64,000 nt of DNA from an uncultured Bacteroidales bacterium (lineage in GTDB: Bacteria > Bacteroidota > Bacteroidia > Bacteroidales > UBA932): assembly GCA_947588835.1 (NCBI GenBank), contig CANPZS010000005.1, forward strand, positions 6,741 to 70,740, read 5' to 3'. The translations under genes and the position numbers were made by a program. Of this stretch, positions 1-8,091 are shown one piece after another (the stretch's first letter is position 1; each line of letters starts with the position of its first letter). The notes under the pieces were generated by a model that was not told where the DNA came from, searched no databases, and worked only from the letters and a program-made list of their open reading frames with translations.

Positions 1-593
1 TGGCATCTATACTGTTTTAAATAATTAATATGTTCTGCTGTAATCAGTGTTGCATTTGTGGTGAAATCTGCTATAAGCTCAATATCTTTTTCTGCGCAGA
101 ACTCCCTGGCATAATCAAGCAACTGTTTGATCCCGTCAAAACAAAGAAAAGGTTCCCCTCCAAAGAATCCTAACTTTAGTGTTGAAAAAGGAGTATTTAT
201 ATAATGCAGAAATATATTTCTTTTAATTGCGTCAACAACTCTCTGTTCCAGTCTGCTTCCTACAATTTTATTTTCATAGCAATACCAACAATTTAGATTA
301 CAATCAAGAGACGTATTTACAACAACATTGTAAAGATCGGTACCCTCTACCATTTTTTCTTTTTGGACAAGTACATATTGATACTCATCAAAGTCATCTG
401 CAATAAGAAATTTACCTAATGTTAATTTACTGAATAACTCTTTATTTAGTGTCTCTAATTTTTCTATCTCACATTGGGAATACAAATCATGACATCTTTC
501 ATCAAGCAATAGAAAAGTATTACTTAATGCATTATAATGAAGATAATAACCTTGCGCTATTTCTTCACAAAATTGATATCTTGAAATCTTCAT
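1..593 (-). CDS. Radical SAM peptide maturase (SPASM/twitch type likely); 5' part only, runs off the window start; not in the ORF track
   Basis: Manual translation from ATG at 593: MKISRYQFCEEIAQGYYLHYNALSNTFLLLD...VVNTSLDCNLNCWYCYE...LGFFGGEPFL...DFTTNATLI. Contains the CxxxCxxC motif (nt 279-302), GGEP and TTNG-like motifs. Frame is open to base 1. Confidence 0.92.
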   Translation of the reverse strand, partial: MKISRYQFCEEIAQGYYLHYNALSNTFLLLDERCHDLYSQCEIEKLETLNKELFSKLTLGKFLIADDFDEYQYVLVQKEKMVEGTDLYNVVVNTSLDCNLNCWYCYENKIVGSRLEQRVVDAIKRNIFLHYINTPFSTLKLGFFGGEPFLCFDGIKQLLDYAREFCAEKDIELIADFTTNATLITAEHINYLKQYRC

Positions 594-607
594 AATAAAC
601 TTTAAAG

Positions 608-637
608 GAGCGTTGCTCCTAATATTGAGCAACGCTC
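608..637 (-). other. Perfect 11-bp stem hairpin between precursor and rSAM gene (attenuating terminator or mRNA stabiliser)
   Basis: GAGCGTTGCTC (608-618) and GAGCAACGCTC (627-637), 8-nt loop; followed on the minus strand by CTTT. Confidence 0.6.
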
Positions 638-648
638 GAAGATCTGAA

Positions 649-918
649 TTACGGTTGATCAGGTTTACTTACCACGCCCGGATCAATTGCACCGCAATAT
701 CCTGAAGCATTGTTGATCCCATTACAACGGCCTGAACCATTGTTGATCGTACCACAAGACCCACCGCCATTGTTCACACCACTACAAGTGCCATTGCCAT
801 TGTTTGTTGCTTCTTCATCAAGACCTGCGTTGCCTCCAACAACGAGAAGCATCTCGCTCTCCTGCATGACTTCCACAATCTGAAGCGGAAGATCCATCAA
901 CTTAGAAGAGTTTTTCAT
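649..918 (-). CDS. GG-leader RiPP precursor peptide with four 10-aa NNGxGxC repeats
   Basis: Leader ends MQESEMLLVVGG. Core is TNNGNGTCSG/VNNGGGSCGT/INNGSGRCNG/INNASGYCGA-ID. Lies 55 nt upstream of a co-oriented rSAM gene. Confidence 0.88.
   Translation of the reverse strand: MKNSSKLMDLPLQIVEVMQESEMLLVVGGNAGLDEEATNNGNGTCSGVNNGGGSCGTINNGSGRCNGINNASGYCGAIDPGVVSKPDQP
688..807 (-). repeat. Four degenerate 30-bp tandem repeats encoding the precursor core
   Basis: CATTGTT recurs on the + strand at 708, 738, 768 and 798 (30-nt period). Confidence 0.9.
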
Positions 919-1327
919 AAATACATTTAATTAAGTTTTCGCCTCTTATTAACGCAATTCGGCATCTGCGACATCTTTATACTGATATGTTCAGTTATAG
1001 TTTATTACCATATTATATAAATCATTTATAGCAGTATATAGTGCATAATAAGCATCGCCGGCAAAATATGAAAAAATTTTTTATTATAAAAATAAAAACC
1101 CTCTAATTATTTGATTTCATTTCCATTTTTGATATGCCGTCATCCGGAAAAATGGATTGCAGATCCAATGGTTACGAAATATCATTAATTATTAACAACA
1201 ACTTAATTGCAACATTTTTATTCCATAATGGCAGTCATTCAAACTCCGTACAACCTTTTTCAAGAAAAGTATGATTTTTAAAAAATTACACTAAAGTGTA
1301 ATTTGATTAATGTAAAAATTATTTATT

Positions 1328-1358
1328 TTTGTCACTGTGGTTGAGTTAATTATATTTG
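1328..1358 (+). promoter_or_regulatory. Bacteroidetes primary-sigma promoter for the right arm of the RiPP locus
   Basis: TTTG (1328-1331), 19-nt spacer, TATATTTG (1351-1358); matches the TTTG-N19-21-TAnnTTTG consensus. Confidence 0.7.
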
Positions 1359-1384
1359 AAGATATTAGAAAACGGCCGATACAC

Positions 1385-1398
1385 GCATAAATTTATGC
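1385..1398. promoter_or_regulatory. Perfect 14-bp palindrome, candidate operator
   Basis: GCATAAATTTATGC, located between the promoter and the ATG at 1424. Confidence 0.4.
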
Positions 1399-1423
1399 CA
1401 ATATTAATTTAAAAACTAAAACA

Positions 1424-1660
1424 ATGAAAAAGTACTCATTTTTAGCATTTGACATGCTGCGAAAGGAAGAGATTGCTTCCATTAAAGGAGGTAAAGCCAG
1501 TGACGTTAAGAAGTGTGGTTGCACCTGTGTGGGCCCACTTACGCCTATGCAGGTGGGCATTAACGCAGTAGATCGTGAAACCGATTCTTCGGATGAAGAA
1601 TGCAACGATTGTGGAGCTACTAATGCGCATCGCGCAACAAACGGACTTATACAACAATAA
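1424..1660 (+). CDS. GG-Bacteroidales family RiPP precursor (TIGR04149-like)
   Basis: Leader LRKEEIASIKGG, followed by CGCTC (CxCxC) and CNDCGATN; cognate rSAM and pseudo-rSAM genes lie downstream. Confidence 0.85.
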   Translation: MKKYSFLAFDMLRKEEIASIKGGKASDVKKCGCTCVGPLTPMQVGINAVDRETDSSDEECNDCGATNAHRATNGLIQQ

Positions 1661-1672
1661 AGCAAGTTTAAA

Positions 1673-4027
1673 ATGGCTGCCCGTCTGAAAATATTGTGCA
1701 TTGCCGCACTCTTGTCACTGTCCGTGACCGTCAACGCACAGGTGACTGACGGGCAGCTTGACTCAGTCATCAGGAACCTCAACCTGAAGGAAGTCGTCGT
1801 GACGGCAAAGAAAATCAAACAGGCCGGCGACACGATATCCTATTCGGCCGCCACCTACGCGGACAAAAACGACAAGACGCTTGAAGACCTGCTTCGCAAG
1901 ATGCCGGGAATCGAAGTCATGTCCGATGGACAGATCACCTACAACGGCCAGTGGATAAACGAGTTCTATATCGAAGGCCTCGACATGCTCGGCAGCAATT
2001 ACGGCGTGGCCACAAAAAATATAGACGTCCGCGACATAGGCTCCGTCCAGGTGCTCCAGAACCATCAGGACGTGAAGCTGCTCCAAGGAGTGAAAAACGG
2101 CGGCGCCCCGGCCATGAACATCAAACTGAAGAAAAACGCCCTCGGCATCTGGTCGTCCACGCTTCAGGCGGCGTTAGGAAGCCAGCCGCATCCGGCCTGG
2201 GACGCCTCCGCCGCCCTGATGAATTTCCGGCGCACGGCCCAGAACATCTCCGTCTACAAGACCAACAACATCGGCAATCCCCTGCGTCAGGATGTAAACG
2301 CCACGGCCACATTCAGTTCATCGTTCGGCACCGGACTTCTCTTTCCCGATTCCCCGGGCCTTGACGACAGGTACGCATACCGCAACAATTCACACAGCCT
2401 GTCGGTCAATCAGCTTTTCAAACTGGACGAGGACAAGACATTGTCCTTCAATCTGAATTATTTCTTCGACAAAGAAAAACGGGATGCGGCCGAGCAGACC
2501 TCCTACCTTGCCGACAGCCTGTCGCGGTATGTGGTGGATGAATCCGACCGGACCGACATGCGGCAGCATTTCGTGGGGACGCACGCCGTCTACAAGCTGA
2601 ACGGACGGAAACGCTATCTTAAGAACACCTTCGCGGCAAGCGCCTCTTTCCCTAACGGAAGCGGCACGGTCAACGATCTGATACGCCAGCGCTTCTCAGG
2701 GCATTCCATCAATGTCGACGACGTGCTGAAAATAAATTACAAAACGGCGAAGAACGGCATCGGCGAAACGGCCCTCCATGTCAGCTACAATGACAGACAA
2801 GGAACGCTGGACATAGACGGCCGCGGAACGTCGCAGACGGTTGGCAGGCGCAATCTCATCGCCGACGGTTCCGTCCATGTCGCGGCTGCGGCCGTGCCGC
2901 ATTTCATGTTCAACCTCAACTGCGACCTCGACGCCCGGTGGCAGCAGGCCGAGACCGCTTCGGACATGTCAGGAGTCCCCGAATCCGGGAGCCAGAGCAT
3001 CTGGCGCGCAGGTGCGCACATAACCCCGAAATTCCTTCTGCATTTCGGACAACGGTTCCAATGGCTCATTTACATACCCGCCGGCTTCGTATATTATGCT
3101 TCCGCCAACGGATCCTGGGAATACGACAGAACGTTCTTTTCCTTAAGGCCATATACCAATATTACGCTCAAGCCTTCGGACCGCCTGTCCTTCTCGCTGA
3201 CGTCGACCTGCGAGGAATCCATGCCCGACCCGCTTTCGCTCATGGTACAGCGGCGATACACCGACTACCGCACCGCGGTCTCCAATCCCTACCGTCTTGA
3301 AGCCAACATCGACAGGACGGTGAAGACGTCTTTGAACGCAAGCTACACAAACGTGCTGGACATGATCTTCGGAGGCCTGACCCTCACACACGTCTACTCG
3401 CGCAACAGCATCTCCGACGGGTACCGGATAACCGGCGATGTCATCGACTACGTACGGCTGCCCTATGCCACGGGCGTCAATATATGGCAGGGCGACCAGA
3501 CCTTTTCCAAAGGCTTTTTCAAATGGACTGCCAAGATAAGCGAATCGTTCTGCGTCGGTACGAGCCAAAGTGAATTTTACGTCGACGGCGCCATGCACAG
3601 GGGACGGAGCGACTATCTGCGTGCGACGGTCGCCTTCAACGCCGCCTTCGCCAGCTGGATCGCCTTTGACGCTTCAAACCGCTTCTCGCTGTCCAGAACG
3701 TTCACCGACGGAACCTCCAACGGAGGGGCGAAGCACACCTTCTCCAATACGGCCTCTCTCGTGCTTTGGCCTTGCAGGCGGCTCAGCATCAAGCCGTCCG
3801 CGATGTTCTATTACAACGACTATTCAACGAGCTACAGGAGCAACGTCTTCCTCAACTGCGACATGGAATACACCACAGGAAACCTCATTCTGTATCTCCA
3901 ATGCAGCAATCTACTGGACAGCAAAGTCTTCCGCAGCTTCAACGACAACGGAATCATACAACGCTCAAGCCAGTACATGCTCCGCGGACGGACCGTCCTG
4001 TTCGGGGTAAGGTTCAGAATTACATGA
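1673..4027 (+). CDS. Outer-membrane beta-barrel protein with TonB-dependent-receptor-like plug
   Basis: Signal peptide; LKEVVVTA; EDLLRKMPGIEV...FYIEGLD plug-like segment; amphipathic beta C-terminus (VLFGVRFRIT). Confidence 0.75.
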   Translation: MAARLKILCIAALLSLSVTVNAQVTDGQLDSVIRNLNLKEVVVTAKKIKQAGDTISYSAATYADKNDKTLEDLLRKMPGIEVMSDGQITYNGQWINEFYIEGLDMLGSNYGVATKNIDVRDIGSVQVLQNHQDVKLLQGVKNGGAPAMNIKLKKNALGIWSSTLQAALGSQPHPAWDASAALMNFRRTAQNISVYKTNNIGNPLRQDVNATATFSSSFGTGLLFPDSPGLDDRYAYRNNSHSLSVNQLFKLDEDKTLSFNLNYFFDKEKRDAAEQTSYLADSLSRYVVDESDRTDMRQHFVGTHAVYKLNGRKRYLKNTFAASASFPNGSGTVNDLIRQRFSGHSINVDDVLKINYKTAKNGIGETALHVSYNDRQGTLDIDGRGTSQTVGRRNLIADGSVHVAAAAVPHFMFNLNCDLDARWQQAETASDMSGVPESGSQSIWRAGAHITPKFLLHFGQRFQWLIYIPAGFVYYASANGSWEYDRTFFSLRPYTNITLKPSDRLSFSLTSTCEESMPDPLSLMVQRRYTDYRTAVSNPYRLEANIDRTVKTSLNASYTNVLDMIFGGLTLTHVYSRNSISDGYRITGDVIDYVRLPYATGVNIWQGDQTFSKGFFKWTAKISESFCVGTSQSEFYVDGAMHRGRSDYLRATVAFNAAFASWIAFDASNRFSLSRTFTDGTSNGGAKHTFSNTASLVLWPCRRLSIKPSAMFYYNDYSTSYRSNVFLNCDMEYTTGNLILYLQCSNLLDSKVFRSFNDNGIIQRSSQYMLRGRTVLFGVRFRIT

Positions 4028-4060
4028 CATTAAAATATATCAACCAAAAACATCATAGAT

Positions 4061-4936
4061 ATGAAAAAGACTCTTATTGCATTGGCGGCCGCCATGATGC
4101 TCACATGCGCAAACGCATATTCCCAGATCACCGTGTCCTACGCGATGGATACTCCCTCGTTCACTCTTGCCCATGAAGACACCGACAGATATCAGACGCT
4201 CGACACCTGTTATCTCACGATTACCTATCGGTTCAGGTACAAGGCCACAGAAAAAGACGACTCCCTCAGCCGCGAAGACCTTCTGGACCTCCAGCTCGGA
4301 CGAAGGTACAACGCCTTCTTCAGCCGCAATCTCCGTGAACTCGACATCCAGAACACAAAAGACTTCAAGACCACTATGCAGTTTACGCCCGTCCCCAGCG
4401 ATTATGTCGGCTTCGACCTCCTCATCAGCCACGGCGATTCCACGACGGCCGTCACCAACCGTATCCCCTACACTACACAGGTGATCGAATATAAAGAACA
4501 TACTCCCCTCCCGGCGTGGACATACGTTCCCGAAGAAATCGACACGGTGATGGGCTACCCCTGCCATGTCGCAAAATGCGATTACGGGGGCAGGGAATGG
4601 AAAGCCTGTTACACCAACGACATCCCGCTGCCGTACGGACCGTGGAAACTCAACGGAGTCAAGGGTCTGGTCCTCAAAGCCGAGGATGCCGGACATGAGT
4701 TCGTATTCGAAGCCGAAGGCCTCACCCAGAATCCGCAGCCGATAATCCGCTACGACTGGAACAGAAAGACCATGGACAAAGACGAATGGGCACGGTTCGA
4801 GCGCGATATGTACAAAAACGCCGGAGCGTTCGTCCGCAACACCGGCGCCCGCATCCTTATCATGGACAATAGCGAAAAAGGCTTCCATGTCTTGAACGAG
4901 GCCTGGTCGGAATATTATAATCCCTTAGAAAAATAA
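4061..4936 (+). CDS. GLPGLI family protein
   Basis: Signal peptide; YPCHVAKCDYGGREWKACYTNDIPLPYGPWKLNGVKGLVL matches the GLPGLI C-terminal signature. Confidence 0.85.
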   Translation: MKKTLIALAAAMMLTCANAYSQITVSYAMDTPSFTLAHEDTDRYQTLDTCYLTITYRFRYKATEKDDSLSREDLLDLQLGRRYNAFFSRNLRELDIQNTKDFKTTMQFTPVPSDYVGFDLLISHGDSTTAVTNRIPYTTQVIEYKEHTPLPAWTYVPEEIDTVMGYPCHVAKCDYGGREWKACYTNDIPLPYGPWKLNGVKGLVLKAEDAGHEFVFEAEGLTQNPQPIIRYDWNRKTMDKDEWARFERDMYKNAGAFVRNTGARILIMDNSEKGFHVLNEAWSEYYNPLEK

Positions 4937-4937
4937 T

Positions 4938-6344
4938 ATGGAAACAATATCGGCGGCGTCAGGCAATAATTATATATATGAACAAAGGACGGGGTATGTT
5001 TCCCTCGTCCCAAACTCGTATGTGTCCCACGGGAATCATTCTTCATATTATTCAGAAAAAATTAAATATTTAAAGCATTTTGGACTTATTTCGGCAGATT
5101 CGGAACCGGAATACAGACTATTAGAAAAACAAGATATTGAAGACGCCCTGATTAATACACATCAAATAATACTCGAAGTAACGGATAAATGTAACCTTGA
5201 TTGTTATTATTGTGGTTATGGGCACTTCTACGATAATTATAATGCCAGAGAGAATATAGATATGTCATTTGATGTTTTTAAGACATTGTATGATCATCTT
5301 AATAAAATTTGGGAAAGCAATAATAACAAAGGGTGTACGTATCTGCGTATTTCTTTTTATGGAGGAGAACCGTTGTGTAATTTTTCATTTATAAAGGAGG
5401 CTGTCGATTATACGAAACACAATCCTATTAAAAATAAAAGGATTGTTTTCTCAATGACGACAAATGCGGTTCTTTTGGATCGATACATGGAATTTCTTGT
5501 GGCCAACAATTTTGAGATTCTTATTAGTCTTGACGGAAACAAGTTCAACGATTCGTATAGGGTCTTTAAAAATGGTAAAAGTTCTTTTGATACAGTTATC
5601 GCAAATATTGATAAGCTTTATAGCTCTTATCCATCTTTTTTTGCGCGGAACGTGAAATTTAACAGTGTATTACATAATCGTAACTCGGTAAAGGATACAA
5701 ACTCTTTCATCTTTACAAGATATCAAAAATATCCAATGACAAATGAATTAAATGTTTTTGGGATTGCCAAGTCAAAACGTTCTGATTTCTTAAAGATATT
5801 TCACTCTAAAACAAAAGATTTTTCATTAATGACCGAAGATGAAAAAAAAGAGTATGAAAATCAATCTCCATTTATGTATCAATATAAGAGGTGGGCATTT
5901 AATACTCTTATGAAAACCTATTCCACAAATCTTTTAAATGCTCTGTCAGAGGATTATGTAAGTCCAAAAACTTCTATTAATCTCAAATTGCCGACCAAAA
6001 CATGCATACCTTTCTCACGGAAAATTTTTGTTTCTGTTAATGGCGATTTGTTTCCTTGTGAAAGAATTGGCAATGAATTTGATTTTGGGAGAATATATGA
6101 CGGTAAAGTTGAGATACATTTTGACAAGATAATAAGCCAATATAATCAATTGTTTGCAAAGTATACAAATATCTGCAATGGCTGCAAGGCTAAAGATTTT
6201 TGTTCTGTATGCATTGTGTCTGATATTAATGGATATGAGATTTGCAGCCGAACTAAACCTCGGAATATAGCAGAATTTATCTCGTTTTCTGAGATACACC
6301 CCGACATCCTTAAAAAAATCATCAAAACCGTATCAATTATTTAA
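4938..6344 (+). CDS. Radical SAM/SPASM peptide maturase, GG-Bacteroidales family (TIGR04148-like)
   Basis: CNLDCYYCGYG, FYGGEP, MTTNAVL, ISLDG; C-terminal CIPF...PCER...CNGC...CSVC auxiliary-cluster cysteines. Confidence 0.92.
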   Translation: METISAASGNNYIYEQRTGYVSLVPNSYVSHGNHSSYYSEKIKYLKHFGLISADSEPEYRLLEKQDIEDALINTHQIILEVTDKCNLDCYYCGYGHFYDNYNARENIDMSFDVFKTLYDHLNKIWESNNNKGCTYLRISFYGGEPLCNFSFIKEAVDYTKHNPIKNKRIVFSMTTNAVLLDRYMEFLVANNFEILISLDGNKFNDSYRVFKNGKSSFDTVIANIDKLYSSYPSFFARNVKFNSVLHNRNSVKDTNSFIFTRYQKYPMTNELNVFGIAKSKRSDFLKIFHSKTKDFSLMTEDEKKEYENQSPFMYQYKRWAFNTLMKTYSTNLLNALSEDYVSPKTSINLKLPTKTCIPFSRKIFVSVNGDLFPCERIGNEFDFGRIYDGKVEIHFDKIISQYNQLFAKYTNICNGCKAKDFCSVCIVSDINGYEICSRTKPRNIAEFISFSEIHPDILKKIIKTVSII

Positions 6345-6346
6345 TT

Positions 6347-7555
6347 ATGGGAGAATCGCTTTATTTCTACTTAGAACCTTATGTGTATGTAAAGAAGGGT
6401 GAAAAAGAACTGCTTATTGTCAATTTGCTTGATGATAAAGCAATTATATTTAAAGATTCCGCGTCAATTAAAATAGGGAATCTCTTGCTGTCATCACAAT
6501 ATAGAACGATAAAGATTACAGAAAACGACAAAAATATTCCCATAGTAATTAATGCTATAAAAAACTATATGGGGGACATCGTCTCTGCTATGGCACAGCC
6601 ACTGCAGTTTGATTCCGAGATTAATAATCTTTCAGGCATTGAGGCCTACAGAAAGGCTACTGTCTACTCCAAATACAACATCGGGGGATTCATCTCTAAT
6701 TGTACCATGTTTGTGGATATGAAAAACCAAGATAGCTATGACTATATTAAATTCATAACAGGAATTGAATCAACTCCTGAAAATGCTATTTATAATGCTT
6801 CTTTCAAAATGAATGAGGAAGATATAGACTATTACATTCAAGAACTGATTAAAATCAATCCCAACATTATACTAAATATCTGTGGTGTTAATCAGCATCT
6901 TTTTGATTATATTTCAAGTAATTATCCATCCACCATACTTAATCTTGTTATTTCATTACGGACTCTGCAATTATATCCCGACATACTTAATCGTATCAAG
7001 AAGAAAAAATTAAGATATACATTATTATTAGATTTATCTCATGACAATTATAATTGCTACATAAACGATGAACTATGTTCTATTTATGTCAAAGTCACGA
7101 ATGACAAAGATCTTTATAATGCTTATAATCTATCAGAAACAGGTTGTCAGGTTAAATTATGCCCTATCTTAACTTCGAAAAATAAAGATTTTATAAAATC
7201 TTTATTTTCAATATCGTACAAAGAATTGTTAAATATTAAAAATAAATATAGAACAATTAAAATTAACAACTTAATAAACAGTAATTTTTGGGGTAATATA
7301 TATCTTTTTCCGCAAGGAAAGGTTCGCTATTCATTGGGTTGCGGTCAATTAATTGAATTCCATCAACTTTATGAGAAGTACAAAAATGATTTTCTAAATG
7401 GCTCCTTTGAATGGACTTTTATTAGAAATTTCTCGAACTGCAGCACTTGTATATTTCAATATCTTTGTCCTTCGCCAAATTATATTGAAACACATCTAAG
7501 GGAGAAAAACCTAATCAAATGTTTAATATCCAAAGATGCAAAAGTTTCCTCATAA
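6347..7555 (+). CDS. Pseudo-rSAM protein (TIGR04150-like)
   Basis: YFYLEPYVYV N-terminus; no CxxxCxxC; retains C-terminal CSTCIFQYLCPSP; 2 nt after the rSAM gene. Confidence 0.8.
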   Translation: MGESLYFYLEPYVYVKKGEKELLIVNLLDDKAIIFKDSASIKIGNLLLSSQYRTIKITENDKNIPIVINAIKNYMGDIVSAMAQPLQFDSEINNLSGIEAYRKATVYSKYNIGGFISNCTMFVDMKNQDSYDYIKFITGIESTPENAIYNASFKMNEEDIDYYIQELIKINPNIILNICGVNQHLFDYISSNYPSTILNLVISLRTLQLYPDILNRIKKKKLRYTLLLDLSHDNYNCYINDELCSIYVKVTNDKDLYNAYNLSETGCQVKLCPILTSKNKDFIKSLFSISYKELLNIKNKYRTIKINNLINSNFWGNIYLFPQGKVRYSLGCGQLIEFHQLYEKYKNDFLNGSFEWTFIRNFSNCSTCIFQYLCPSPNYIETHLREKNLIKCLISKDAKVSS

Positions 7556-7689
7556 GGAAATTTCATTAATTACGTTTCTGGCCGATACCGGCAAATATGG
7601 CATCATACTCGACCACTAAGCCATCGCTGACATGGAACAATTTTTGTACTTTTACTATCGGACCAATCAATCTTTAACAAGGCAAAATT

Positions 7690-8091
7690 ATGAATAAATA
7701 TTGCTTCAAGGCAGTTCTTCTGCTTATTGGTATTTCTTCGTTAGCGGCATCTTGCACGAAAACAATTGTGGAAGACAATCCGGACTGGTGGACTTTCTCT
7801 ATAGAAAATCTATTGGACGAAAATGTTATCATCAGTGGGAGCGTCAATGAGAATCAGTTTTCCATAACGCTGTCTCCGAAAGAATCTTATTCTTATACTC
7901 AAGATATAAGGAGCGGTTCTATAGAGAATGGGAAAACAGCTATCTTTTTAGCGGCTTCAATAAAATTAACTGGAACAGCTGCAGGAACTGTAGAGTATCA
8001 GACGACAGCGGATTTTAAAAAGAAGTGGACAGAAGAAGATGAACATCAATTGGTATTCAAGATTAACGGTTCTCTTTTCCAAACCGAATGA
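7690..8091 (+). CDS. Lipoprotein of unknown function
   Basis: Lipobox LAASC after a basic/hydrophobic N-terminus; overlaps the next gene by 4 nt. Confidence 0.75.
   Translation: MNKYCFKAVLLLIGISSLAASCTKTIVEDNPDWWTFSIENLLDENVIISGSVNENQFSITLSPKESYSYTQDIRSGSIENGKTAIFLAASIKLTGTAAGTVEYQTTADFKKKWTEEDEHQLVFKINGSLFQTE

Noticed and set aside
688-807. 30-bp periodic repeat as a CRISPR-like or non-coding array
   Set aside because: No unique spacers, degeneracy is codon-like, and it lies in frame within a GG-leader peptide gene; no cas genes.
1393-1833. 146-aa and 71-aa minus-strand ORFs over the precursor and barrel start
   Set aside because: Antisense shadows of better supported + strand genes; no motifs.
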